Of a stretch of 64,000 nucleotides of DNA, positions 50,274-62,789 are shown in pieces. The DNA lies in contig OZ360225.1 of assembly GCA_977017645.1 (NCBI GenBank), forward strand, positions 94,984,001-95,048,000. The letters are read 5' to 3'. Every line of letters begins with the position of its first letter. Position 1 is the first letter of the stretch. Source of the stretch: Torpedo marmorata (lineage: Eukaryota). The position numbers and the translations under genes are program-made. The notes beneath the pieces were generated by a model. It made no database searches, was not told the DNA's origin, and saw nothing but the letters and a program-made list of their open reading frames with translations.

Positions 50274-51175
50274 TGTTACAAATTCAAACCAGCAACGACA
50301 GAAGACGCAATGCAAAAGGGGTAAAATTGAAATTTATATTTATTACATACAATTAAACATATAATTTCACAACAATTAACCCCACTATAAACGTCTATAA
50401 ACACTATTCTTATCTAAAAGGTGTGTGTGTGTGTGTGTGTGTGTAAAGCCCAGACCATTACAGTCTGTGCCCAACCCTCATGTAAAAATGGAAAAACTTT
50501 CCCCAAAATCCCCAGGTCAGTCATAAAAACAAGTCAGTAAAAAAAATAATACAGTCCACAAAAATTCACTCTCTAAGTTCAGGTTCCAAATTCAGCTCTG
50601 TGTGCTGGTAGAAGGACTTCTTAATGAAAGTTGGAGAGAGACAATGACTGTTTACGTTCCCTTCTTGTGTTTTCATAAGGATTGCGAATTCAGATCCGTT
50701 TTGGAATTAAGGCGTATACTTGGATTTCACAGCCGGTTCCTCACAAAAGCTGTTTTCACCACTCAGGATTCTGCCGAATCATCAGGCCCTGTTTTTCTCC
50801 CAGCCTTTTTCTCTGGGATGTACAAGCCTGGACTTTTCTGATTCAAGAGACTCTGTGCTATTCTCCCCAGTTCTTCTCTGGAATGCACAGGCCTGGATCC
50901 TACTGAGTTCTCCCTCCTTTTCAACTCCAAAACTGTTCCTGATTTAGTTTCCTCTTTAGGCCTTAGAGAGAGAGTTTTCTCTGCAGCCTTCTTCCAAAGT
51001 TTCACACCAAGTGTGTTTTTCACAGTTTGTCTCCCCCTGATGTCTCTCTCTGGTAAATACAAGAAGTCCTGGGCAAGTTAGCTCTTTCAGTACCATGTCC
51101 CAGTGTATACTCCAAAAGACTTCATCCTTCCTGCTTACCGTCCGCAGTTCAAACTGTCAGTCATGGTCCATAACA
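50274..51175 (-). repeat. 3' LTR of the Gypsy element (902 bp)
   Basis: Direct repeat of 55294-56239 lacking 38 bp and 3 GT units; PPT (minus strand gtgggtgggagg) adjacent at 51176-51187. Confidence 0.95.
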
Positions 51176-51303
51176 CCTCCCACCCACAAAGAAAATTTTG
51201 GTCTGCAAAAACAAAATTTTAGAAATTGAGGTGTTACAATATAAACAAAATCCACAATGTTCATCCACAAATACAAAATATGAACTATTTTTATTTATAA
51301 AGT

Positions 51304-53838
51304 TTAACATCTAGAAAGACAATCAGCAATTACATTATCTTTCCCTTTTATATGTGTTATTACCAAATCATATTCTTGCAAAATTAGACTCCAATTCAAC
51401 AACCGTCGATTCTTATTTTTCACTTTACAAAGAAACACCAATGGATTATGGTCAGTATACACTATGAGTGGTTTTTGAGCTGTACAGATATAAACATCAA
51501 AGTGTTGTAGAGCCAACACAAGAGCCAACAACTCTTTTTCTATGGTTGAATAATTCCTTTGATGATCATTGAACTTCTTCGAGAAGTAGGATACCGGATG
51601 GTCAATGTCCTCTTCGTTCTTCTTCTGTAACAGCACCACACCCACAGCTTCATCGCTGGCATCCACGGCTAAAGAAAACGGCTGTTCTAAATTAGGTGAC
51701 TTAAGCACAGGTTGGTGGCATAACATGGCTTTCAATTTCACAAATGCTTCCTGACAACCTGTCGACCATACAAATTTCTCTTTCTTTCTAAGCAAATTTG
51801 TGAGAGGGAGCGCAAGATCAGCAAAGTTTTTACAGAACTTGCGGTAGTAGCCAATCATTCCCAGGAACCTCCTCAGAGTGTTCTTACCAGTTGGAACAGG
51901 GAACTCGGAAATAGTCACAACCTTTGCCTCTACTGGCGCCAACTGCCCCTGTCCTACTACATAACCCAGAGAATTAACAATCCCATGACCCTCTCTGAAA
52001 CAGGTTTTATCTGTCTCCTCCTTACCCCTGTCAATAACCAGTACCTCTGGTAAATGTTCAGTCCCTTTGTGTGGCACCTGTTCAAAATATGGCTTAATCA
52101 TATTCACATGACAGACCTGTGTGTCTCGTCTGCGATTAGGTGTTTCTATGACATAAGTGACATCATTAATTTTTGACTTAACTCTATAGGGTCCTGAAAA
52201 TCTAGCCCTAAGAGGATTTCAATGGATGGGAAACAGAACTAATACGTTCTCACCAGGTTTAAAAGTTCTTATCTTAGCCTTTCTATCATACCAAACCTTT
52301 ATTCTCTGTTGAGTGGCCTTTAAATTCTCCTTTGCGATCTCACAAGCCCTATGCAACCGATCCTTAAATTTGGAAACATAATCTAACAGATTTAAATGCA
52401 CATCACTATTAAACCACTGTTCTTTTAATAATCTTAAAGGACCTCTCACCTCATGTCCGAAAACTAACTCGAATGGACTAAAACCAAGTGATTCTTGGAC
52501 AGACTCCCTCGCTGCAAATAACAACAAATGAACCCCCTCATCCCAATCCTTTTCCTTCTCACAACAATAGGTTCTAATCATGTTTTTCAAAGTCGAATGG
52601 AACCTCTCCAAGGCCCCTTGACTTTCTGGATGGTACGCAGAGGATACAATCTGTTTAACTCCCAGTCCATCAACCACTTGTTGGAAAACGCCTGACATGA
52701 AATTACTGCCCTGATCTGATTGAATTTCCCTTGGCAAACCTACCAAGGTGAAAAACTTTACCATAGCCTTTACAATTGACTTTGCTTTTATGTTTCTCAG
52801 AGGAATGGCCTCTGGAAATCTGGTGGCTGCACACATAATTGTTAACAAATACTCATTCCCCGCTTTAGTTTTGGGCAATGGGCCAACACAGTCCACAATC
52901 ACTCTCGAGAAAGGCTCACTGAAAGCAGGGATAGGTTGCAAGGGTGCCACCGGGGGACCCTGATTAGATTTACCCACCACCTGACAAGCGTGACAGGCCC
53001 GGCAAAAGCTTACAACCTCCCTTCTCAAACTGGGCCAATAAAATTGTTTCATTATCTTCCTTATAGTTTTCTTCACCCCAAGGTGACCACCTAAGGGTGT
53101 ACTATGAGCCAAAGTTATTATTGCATCCCTATATACTTTAGGGATCACAACCTGCTGCACTACTGCCCATTCTTCATTGGCAGGAACATCACATGGTCTC
53201 CACTTTCTCATCAACACCCCATCTTTTTCATAATAACCCACTGGCACCTTTTTAATCTCCTCTTCAGAGAGAACCTTATCCCTCACCTCAACAAGATCAG
53301 GATCGTCCTTTTGCCTTGCTATTAGCTCCTGTCGCGATAGTGACAAATCTGTGCCTTTAGGTGTCTTATCAGTGGATGGGTGTAACACAGGAGATTGCTC
53401 AACCTTTTCCAGGTGTTCTTGATTATCACTGACTTTTTCTTTCACCAAGTTATTTTCCACTGCCTTCTCTACAGTGACATTTTTCTTAGACATGGCCCTG
53501 GTTATGGCACATGCTGGATAAATATCAGAGTCTTTCTCTGACTTATCAATGACTGGCTTAGTGGTCATACGCACTTCAGGAACTGCTTTATCTTTGGCCA
53601 AGTCATTGCCTAGCAACAGTGAGACTCCTTCTACTGGCAACTCTAATCTCACTCCTATTATAACAGGTCCTTCCACCAAGTCTGAGTCCAACACTATTTT
53701 GTGCAAAGGAATGGACTCAACATCACCACCAATTCCTTTAATTAAATTTATGTCACCGGTATCAGTAGCTTCACAAAATTCCAAGACACTATCTAACACA
53801 AGTGACTGAGCAGCTCCAGTATCTCGCAAGATTTTCAC
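51304..53838 (-). pseudogene. Gypsy pol: protease, integrase, then only the RT C-terminus and RNase H
   Basis: ILRDTGAAQSL; AHSTPLGGHLG...CRAC; VDCVGP, SDQGSNF and LERFH; GPY; FLGMIGYYRKF, DASD and ADCLSR. No YxDD motif. Confidence 0.9.
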
Positions 53839-53850
53839 TGGAACTTGTTA

Positions 53851-55157
53851 TCATCCTGCCTTAACTGAAACAAAACCATCAGTCACAAAAGGTTTAAATA
53901 CATCTCTAACTTTGTCAGTAAATTTATCTCCTTCCTGGGTGTTATGCCTATTCTCACTCTGAATACAAGCATTAGGTGTTGCATCCTTTTCTCTCTTCTT
54001 TTTCAACACTAGACAACTTGCTAGCATATGACCAGCCTTCTTACAGTAGTGGCAAATGGGACCCAAATGGTTTTCCCTTTTCTACTTTCCTTCATCCCTT
54101 TCTTTAACACCACTTCCAAATTTACTTTCCACTTGCTTGTGATTATCCACAGTGACCTTTTGGAAAATTCTGCCTGACGTCCACTTAGGCTTGTGGGTTA
54201 AAGCATATTCATCTGCTAACTTAGCTGAATTTTGCCAAGTTTTCACCTCTTTTTCATCTAAGTATGCCTTAATATCTTCAGGAACACACATTTTTTTTGC
54301 TCGATTATTATCAATTCTCTCAATTGATTGTAATCATTGTTTACCGCCTTAGATGTGCACCACCGGTCAAAACACACAAACTTTTCATAGGCAAACTCTG
54401 TGTAAGATTGGGTTGCTGTTCTTTTTTAATTTCTAAACTTCTGTCTATAAGCCTTTGGAACTAACTCATAAGCCTGGAGTAAAGCCTTTTTCACCATTTC
54501 ATAATCAGCAGCTTGCTCCGTGGTAAGAGTAGAATAAGCTTGCTGAGCTTTTCCTTTTATTACATTTTGTAACATAAGAGACCATTGGTCTTGTGGCCAT
54601 TTTAATTTCACAGCCACCTTCTCAAAATGTTGGAAGTACTTATCTATTTCTGCCTTTTCAAATGGAGGAAGCAACCTAACTTCTCTACTAGCCAAAAACC
54701 CCTCAACAGGATGACAAATTTGATCTTGGTGCTCTTCTTGTCTCCCCTCATTTTCCAACTTTATCTTTTCCAGCATATATATCCTATTTTTCTCCTCGTT
54801 CTCTAAGTCTAATCTCTTTTGTTCCCTGGCTACCTCCAATTCTAATTTCCTTTGTTCCAATTCCCTGTTCTTTTGTTCCAATTCCAATTTCTTTTGTTCC
54901 CTGGCTGCCTCCAATTCCAATTTCTTTATTTCCAACTGTATGTTTTCAGAAGGTTTACCCTTGGGAAACTGCTCTAACACGCTCTCCTCAAACTTTTTTT
55001 TAATATAGTATTTGACAATTTTTCTCCCAATATCTGCCTTTTTCTTTGATGTTTTTACAGACGCAATGCCCAACTCTGTTGCTATATCCACTAACTGTTC
55101 CTTTTTCACCTTTTTTAAAGTATCAGGTTCAGGTGATTCCAAAAATTCTCCTACATT
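53851..55157 (-). pseudogene. Gypsy gag (frameshifted) with coiled-coil repeats and a CCHC knuckle
   Basis: YFQHFEKVA...WP, AYELVPKAYRQKFR and CHYCKKAGHMLASC. Confidence 0.85.
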
Positions 55158-55276
55158 CATTGTTGCTGGTTTTTCGTTACACAAACATTTGCTTTTAATT
55201 ACCTTTACAAAAGGAATGTCTTAAACCAAACTGGGATTCCTTCAATTACCAAGATGGATTTTTAAATCAAATCCAA

Positions 55277-55289
55277 GGACGAGCCCCCA
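55277..55289 (-). promoter_or_regulatory. Primer-binding site complementary to tRNA-Pro
   Basis: Minus-strand TGGGGGCTCGTCC just inside the 5' LTR. Confidence 0.85.
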
Positions 55290-55293
55290 ATAT

Positions 55294-55438
55294 TGTTACA
55301 AATTCAAACCAGCAACGACAGAACACGCAATGCAAAAGGGGTAAAATTGAAATTTATATTTATTACATACAATTAAACATATAATTTCACAACAATTAAC
55401 CCCACTATAAATGTCTATAAACACTATTCTTATCGAAA

Positions 55439-55473
<35 letters not shown>

Positions 55474-56239
55474 GCCCAGACCATTACAGTCTGTGCCCAA
55501 CCCTCATGTAAAAATGGAAAAACTTTCCCCAAAATCCCCAGGTCAGTCATAAAAACAAGTCAGTTAAAAAAATAATACAGTCCACAAAAATTCACTCTCT
55601 AAGTTCAGGTTCCAAATTCAGCTCTGTGTGCTGGTAGAAGGACTTCTTAATGAACGTTGGAGAGAGACAATGACTGTTTATGCTTACGAATACTTGGCTT
55701 GCTTTTCTTCTCTGATGACGTTCCCTTCTTGTGTTTTCATAAGGATTGCGAATTCAGATCCGTTTTGGAATTAAGGCGTATACTTGGATTTCACAGCCGG
55801 TTCCTCACAAAAGCTGTTTTCACAACTCAGGATTCTGCCGAATCATCAGGCCTTGTTTTTCTCCCAGCCTTTTTCTCTGGGATGTACAAGCCTGGACTTT
55901 TCTGATTCAAGAGACTCTGTGCTATTCTCCCCACTTCTTCTATGGGATGCACAGGCCTGGATCCTACTGAGTTCTCCCGCTTTTTCAACTCCAAAACTGT
56001 TCCTGATTTAGTTTCCACTTTAGGCCTTAGAGAGAGAGTTTTCTCTGCAGCCTTCTTCCAAAGTTTCACACCAAGTGTGTTTTTCACAGTTTGTCTCCCC
56101 CTGATGTCTCTCTCTGGTAAATACAATAAGTCCTGGGCAAGTTCGCTCTTTCAGTACCAGGTCCCAGTGTATACTCCAAAAGACTTCATCCTTCCTGCTT
56201 ACCGTCCGCAGTCCAAACTGTCAGTCATGGTCCATAACA
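55294..56239 (-). repeat. 5' LTR of the Gypsy element (946 bp) containing (GT)15
   Basis: Direct repeat of 50274-51175. Confidence 0.95.
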
Positions 56240-56735
56240 GAAGACTCTCGTAAACTTCTACAGGTGTACCGTGGAGAGCATTCTGGCTGGTTGCATCACT
56301 GCCTGGTATGGAGGCGCCAACTCTCAGGATAAGAATAAACTCCAGAGGGTTGCTAAATCGGCCTGTGACATCACACGCACCAGACTTCACTCCATCGAGG
56401 ACATCTACACGAGGCGGTGTCTTAAAAAAGCAGTCTCTGTCCTCAAAGACCCCCACCACTCAGGCCATGCCCTCTTCACTCTGCTACCATCGGGAAAAAG
56501 GTACAGGAGCCTAAAGTCGAGCACTCAATGGCACAAGGACAGCTTCTTCCCTGCTGCCATCAGATTCCTGAATAATCAATGAACCAAAGACACTGCCTTA
56601 CTTTTCCTGCATTATTATTTATATTTTTTTATAGTAATATGGTAAGATGGTAATAATATGAATGTTTGCACTATGATGCTTCCACAAAACACTGAATTTC
56701 ATGACTTGTTCATGACAATAAATTCTGATTCTGAT

Positions 56736-58050
56736 TATTTCTTACAATGCGGGTGTTTAAATACAAGACCTTCAGTGCTGTATTCATGACCCTTTTCAAT
56801 TTTGTTTCCAAAGAACCAAAGTTAATTACTTAATCTTACACTTGCACTTTTGTCCTATGGACTGCCTATCCTTCTTCACAATCTTGTTACACAGTGTATC
56901 TACTTGTGTACCTTCTGCCCTATTCACTTTCTTCTCATTCTGGTTCCCATCCAACTGCCAAACTAGTTTAAACCCTCCCCAACAGCTCTTGCAAGCTTGT
57001 CCACCAGGATATTAGTCCTCCTCCTGTTCAGGTGCAACCCATTCTTTTTGTATGGGCCATACCTTCCCTAGAAGAGATTCCAATGATCCATGAATCTGGA
57101 CCCCTCTTCAGCCACTCATTCATCTGCCATAACTTCCTATTCCTGCCCTCACTGGCACATGGCACTGGTAGCAATCCACAGATTATCAGCCTTGAGGTCC
57201 TGTATTTTAGCTTACTTCATAGCTCCCTATATTCCGTCTTCAGGACTTCATTCATTTTCCTTTCTATGTGATTGGTACAAACATGGACCACAACATCTGG
57301 CTGCTCACCCTTCCATTTGAGAATGCTGTGGACTCGATCTGAGATGTCCCTGACCCTGGCACCTGGGAGGCAAAATACCACCAGGGAGTTCACAGAACCT
57401 CCTATCTATTCCCCTAACTATCAAATCCCCAATCACTTTAGCTCTCATCTTCTCAACCCTTCTCTTCTGAGCTGAAGGGCCAGACTCTGTGCCAGAGACC
57501 TGACCACTGCGATTTGTCCCTGGTAGATCTTTCCCTCCCAACAGTATCCAAAATGGTATGCTTATTGATGAGGGGAACGGCCACAGGGGTGCCCTGGGCT
57601 GACTGCTTATTCCCCTTCCCTCTTCTAACAGTCAACAGTTACCTGTTTCTTGCCTCTTGTGTGTGACTGTCTCCTTATAGCTTCTGTCTACTACACCCTC
57701 TGCCTCCCGAACGATCCGGAGTTCATCCAGCTCCAGCTCCAGTTCCTTAACATGGTCTGTAAGGAGCTGCAGCTGGATGCACCTTTTGCAGGTGTCTTCA
57801 CCAGGGACATTTGTGCTGTCCCAGATTTCCCATATGCTGCAACTGGAGCATACCACTGCCCTGGCTGTCATCTCCACTACCGACTCTGGGTTATTGCGAG
57901 AAGATCTTACCTGACCTTACCTGTACCTGAAGAACATCCTCAGCTTCTGCTCGCCAAAGCCTCTTGAGCCAAAGCCTCTAAGTCTTCACTCCTACACTGG
58001 ACCACTCACACACCGGCTGCTCCAAGAATGACCACTACACTAGTGCCTGC
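56736..58050 (-). mobile_element. CR1 5' part: ORF1 (zinc finger/leucine zipper + SGNH esterase) and the start of ORF2
   Basis: AVVCSSCSIWE...TCKRCIQLQLL and VIGDLIVRGIDRRFC; an LYLN-like EN start near 56765. Confidence 0.8.
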
Positions 58051-58164
58051 TTTATTTTTTTTGTTCCTGCTAATGAATTACAATTTGATAGGTCCATTAA
58101 AGCACTGAGCCCCACAAATGCTCCTTTTTAATCTCTTTTTAAATGTTTTAATTAAATTGTTTTT

Positions 58165-58400
58165 TTGTATTTACAACACAGTGGACACTGATTCTGGCCA
58201 TTTAAAACCGTGCCGCCCAATTGCACCCAAATTAACCTACAACCCCATATGTTTTGGAGGATTGGGGGAAAATGGAACACCCGGAGGAAACCCATGCAGA
58301 TACGGGGAGAATGTACAACCTTCCTACGGACAGCGCCGGATTCAAACCTGGGTCTCTGGCGCTGTATAGCATTGCGCTAACCACTACACTAACCATGCCA
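58165..58400 (-). mobile_element. tRNA-derived SINE (same family as 27677)
   Basis: cagcgccggattcaaacctggg...gcgctaaccactacact, homologous to 27677-27905. Confidence 0.8.
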
Positions 58401-59569
58401 CTCTTCTCCCTGACCTGGCCAGGTCCACAAGTTTCAACTTTAAACCACTAACCCCAACCCTCCCCCCCACTCACCTATCATTCTCTCACCTTCTTCCCTT
58501 CTCATTCTTCCCTCTCCTCTCTCATCCATTCCTCCCTCCTCAACCCACATATCCTTCTTCACCCGGGTGTCATTTCTATTATTCCTCACAGTCACTTTGT
58601 GGCCATTGAGTGAGACTGTCCACTTGATAGCAATCAGAAGCCAAACCAGATTGTGAACTTCGCTCAGATCAGGTTTAAACTTCTAAATTGTACAGGAACC
58701 CTTCAACTAGAAAATTGATGAGTTTAAAAACATAACTTCGGGCTTGTTTTGAACCCAGATTCAAATTTGAAGACCGACAGGAGCATAAAAAGTGGACTTT
58801 CAGGGAGATTCAGTTAGTTCCCATTGCCATGTAAAGGAGGTGGAATTACTATTCCATAAAAATTGATACCACTTCAAATCAGCATCTTGCAGCCTTCTAA
58901 ATTACTCCAGAACTTAGCATCTATTACTCTGTTAAGATAACATTTCCAAGTACTAATCACTCTGTGAATAAAGAAGATGCTTTTTACAAAAGTAATGAAA
59001 TTAGTTTTCTTGTGATTGTAGTTTTAACCTTAACTAGTCCAAAGGGTAACATTTCCTTTTTAACTTCAAATCCTGTCAAACATTCAAATCTTTCCTTGTA
59101 ACTTAATTATCTGAAAATGAGCATCACCCTCAAGACTGTGACTAGAATTGATTACATTGTTCAAGTTGCTGGTCATCCAAGCTAATTAAAGTTTCAGTCA
59201 AGAATTTAAAATTCATCTTCTTTGGTAATAGAGCTTAGAAAATTGGTTTCTTAACTATTGCTTTGCAGTGCTGGGATATGGACACAGCTGAATCTGTCAC
59301 CAATTCCTGAGCTCATAATTATCTACATGGAAACATACAAAAATAATTTTTTTTGCATTGACATTCTCATCTATAATTTCCATTTGTCTCTCTGGAAATA
59401 CACAGTTCTATTAGCTCTGGTGTATTGGTAACATTAAGAGGATTCAATTGTTGAACCACATCCCATCTTTATCCGGTGCCTGGTTGATAGACTTGCAGTG
59501 TTTCTCCATCTGCCGATTTATGCTGAGACCACAACCAAGAGACAGGATCAGAACTCAGCCAGATTTGTT

Positions 59570-59653
59570 TGACTCACTTGGACGTGCTTTGAAGTGGGTA
59601 TAAAACTCCACCTGACCAGATCAGCTCATTCTTATATATTATGAGAGGTAAGG
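59570..59653 (+). promoter_or_regulatory. Candidate TATA/Inr Pol II core promoter with a micro first exon
   Basis: TGACTCA at 59570, TATAAAA at 59599, Inr-like TCATTC with its A at 59628, then ATGAGAG|GTAAGG donor. Confidence 0.3.
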
Positions 59654-60139
59654 TGGCAACATGGAACTGAATGCATGTTTATTTCGCCAGCTGTTAGCCC
59701 CATGACTCCTTGCCACTGTGAAGACAGGAATTATGGGAATATCATGGGGTGACATACCATCCTGATCAGGACACATACCTTTCCTTCTCTATTAATAGGT
59801 TAAAGTTTTATCATGCCCTACCTAAAATTATTGTAGAGATACATTTTAGCAGAGTGACTACAACAATTCAAGAACACGACCCACTGCAAGCTTTTCAATG
59901 CTGTTGGTAATGGACAATTAAAGCAACCTTGCTAGCATCATTCACATCCCAAGAATAAATCAAAACAAAACTGACTTAAAAGTATCTGTAAATATGTGAA
60001 GTATATATGGTGTCTGCACACACATGTGCAGAGTAATTGGAGACAGTGGAGTAAACAAGGTACATATATTTCAGCATGTCTTTTCGTGATTTCATTACAC
60101 TGGCACACACTGTTAGAGTAAGAACCCAACGCATGCAGA

Positions 60140-60312
60140 TACAATAGTAGCATTTAAGAGGCTTCTCGATAGACACATGAATATGAAGGGGATGGAGGGA
60201 TATCTATCAAGTTCATGCAGCAGAGTCTTCTTTTGATTTGGACATCATGTTTGGCACTGAGACATGGGCCAAAGGGCCTGTTTCTGTACTGCACTGTTCT
60301 ATGTTCTATTCA
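60140..60312 (+). mobile_element. CR1 3'-end fragment
   Basis: gcatttaagagg...gatagacacatg...gggccaaagggcctgtttctgtactgcactgttctatgttcta. Confidence 0.75.
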
Positions 60313-61025
60313 TTCAGACATTAGCCAAAATGGTTTAGCAATCATATTGTGCTCCAGAGTTATATAAAAGGATAACGTGTGATTCTTAAAGACCCAAAGA
60401 CATGCAACCTCCAAAAAATTGGCTCAAATCAAATAAAATGTATATTTGCATCTCTCTGGGGAAGACCATTTTAATTCTGTATTTCTGAGCAGCCGTACAT
60501 GTTTCAATTGTGGGAATGTCTTCATATTTCCTTAGATGGGACTGATATAGTGTTTTGATATGCCAAGCATTTAACTGTGGTTCATAATTATCTTGCATCA
60601 CTTGATTCCTATTTTTCATTGACAAGTAGCCAAAAGCAATTCACAAAAATAACTAAAAATTGTCCTCATGTATGACTTCGCAGAGAGTTATTTCTTAACT
60701 CAGCTGTGTTCTCCAGAAAGGGAAGCAGAGGGAATGACAAATGGTCAAGTTACCCTGTTATAATATGAAGCATAGGTTCCAGAGTTATTATGGATAGGAT
60801 ATTTTATTTTTTATTTTATTATTTTCAATGCATGTTATACTGGGCTCAGTTTGTTACAAATTCACACCAACTGTTTTTCAAAGCATTTTAATTATTGAGC
60901 CAAGTTGTAATTTAGCATTTCCTTATTTTGTTATGCTTTCATGACTATTTTTTAAAATTTGCTGCAATTGGATGAAGAAATTGAAAACGGAGGAATTAAT
61001 GTGGAGTAGTAGTGAAAGAAAATTA

Positions 61026-61966
61026 CCGTATTTGACGGCATATAAGACCCCCCTTTTTTTCCCCAAAAATCGCCTCAAAAACCACCCCGGGTCTTATACG
61101 CGAAGGTGACATTTTGGTGCCGCCATTTTGGTGCTGCCATTTTGGGCACCGAATGGAGTCCAGGAAGCGGGCCCGCAGCTTCGTGGACCACCTTCCCTTG
61201 GGTGGCCTGTGCTTTCCGGAATCGCCGCCGCTGCCGCTCACTTCCCCCGGTAAGAAGGCTCGCTCTCTCCCTCCTTCCCGCCCGCTCTCTCCCTCCTGTT
61301 CGCTCTCCCCACCCGCTCGCTCGCTCTCGCCCGCTCTCACCCCGCCCGTTAGCTCTCCCCGTCCGCCTGCTCTCTCCCTGCCCGCTCACTCTCGTCCGCT
61401 CTCTCCCCGCCCGTTCGCTCTCACCAACAGTGCTTTGAGGGGAGCACTGGGCCTCGATGATCATCCTTTGTTCGACGAGCACGGACCCTCGAGCAAATTG
61501 AATGAGGCGCGGGGGTGGGTGGCAGTGAGTGAGCGGTCTGTTGAGCTGAGCTTGACAGGCCGCTCGCTCACTGCCACCCACCCCCGCGCCTCATTCAATC
61601 TGTTCGGGGGCCGTGTGTGTCGAACAAAGGCTCAGCATGGAGCCTGATCACCGAAGCCTAGCGCTCCCCTCAAAGCAAGTGATCGATCGTCTGCTCCCCG
61701 CGACGGTGGGCCTGGGCCCTTCCCGTTGTCCTGGCTTCTCTCCCTCCCACCCTCGCGCGCCCGCAGGTCCCGGCACACCTGTCAATCAATTCGCGTTTGG
61801 ACGGTAGGGGGGAAGCAGCCTGAGCCTCGGTGTGCAGCGGGCAGGAGGACGTGTTGCTGCTGTGAAGGTAAATATACTAAAACAAATTTTTCCTGAAATC
61901 TCACGCTAAAAATGGGAGGGGGGGGGGTCCTATATGCCAGTGGGTCCTATTTGACGACAAATACGG
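61026..61966. mobile_element. pogo-type MITE with a GC-rich interior and a large internal hairpin
   Basis: TA|ccgtatttgacggcatataagaccc ... gggtcctatttgacgacaaatacgg|TA; the TIR is related to that of the element at 19774. Confidence 0.85.
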
Positions 61967-62061
61967 TAAGTAAAACAGTAAAAACATGGTTCAGCATCAG
62001 CCAGTTCATCCTGAACTGATACAAGATTTACTTGGCCTTTTGAAATGATGATTTGTTTGTA

Positions 62062-62755
62062 CAGGCGAACCCCGCTTTAGGTGATTAATTTGTCCCAATT
62101 TTTACTCGCGTAAGACGAATTCACGTTAAGCGATTAATAGAATCAATGGGAATAATTACAATGAATCCCCAACCTTTCAGATCGTCCATCAAGACATAAA
62201 AATGTGTTTTAAAAACAACTTTTAGCTGCATATAATGCCAAAACTGTTAAGGTTAATAAAAATAATTATGATATTTTTCATTTATTTCATAATTACATCA
62301 TAACTAAACTATTTCTTAGAAAAATATTTGTCCAAAGTTGACTGCACAGATTTTGATTTTTTTTTCTCATTATACAATTTCCTATAGCTAGCGATCGCTT
62401 TTTCTAAACTGTTGCGGACATCTATGTTTCTTTCCATGTTAGGATCGACATTTAGATAAAAATCCTTGGCGACTTCAACAAGTTCAAATCCTTCTTCAAG
62501 TTCTTTTATAGTGATTTCTTCAGCCGTATTTTTAGCTGTTTCACCCTCTTTGTCTTCAGCTTCTTCAAATGCATGTTGCTCATCGAGTTGAAGATAATTT
62601 TCACTTAATTCTTCTACATGCGAATCAAGCAATTCTCGCACATTTTCTGTATCCACGTTGAAACCTATGTTACTTCCAATAACAGTTATCTAGTCAATTA
62701 TTTTGTCCGTGGGACAGAAGCCAAGAAAATCATTTGCACAATGGGGCAAAAGGGT
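62062..62755 (-). mobile_element. Tigger-type transposon 3' end (transposase C-terminus + TIR)
   Basis: TA|caggcgaaccccgc TIR; ORF 62309..62656 ENVRELLDSHVEELS...QSTLDKYFSKK resembles Tigger/TIGD C-termini. Confidence 0.7.
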
Positions 62756-62789
62756 AAGTCGATCTTTTGAAGCTTTGTATCCTGGTTGA

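Larger units (their letters stand above)
50274..56239 (-). mobile_element. Gmr1-like Gypsy LTR retrotransposon (PR-IN-RT-RH order) with the RT core deleted
   Basis: TG...CA LTRs at 50274-51175 and 55294-56239; 4-bp TSD GAAG; integrase precedes the RT thumb and RNase H. Confidence 0.95.
48143..56735 (+). mobile_element. 5'-truncated Rex1/Babar LINE interrupted by PLE and Gypsy insertions
   Basis: APE/RT ORFs from 48515 to 50273 resume at 56240 after the TSD; (ATTCTG)n tail. Confidence 0.95.

Noticed and set aside
50602-51062. Short ORFs duplicated at 55657-56253
   Set aside because: They lie within the two Gypsy LTRs; the duplication simply reflects LTR identity.
61023-61807. Multiple overlapping ORFs / CpG-island promoter
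   Set aside because: This is the GC-rich low-complexity interior of a TIR- and TA-bounded MITE.
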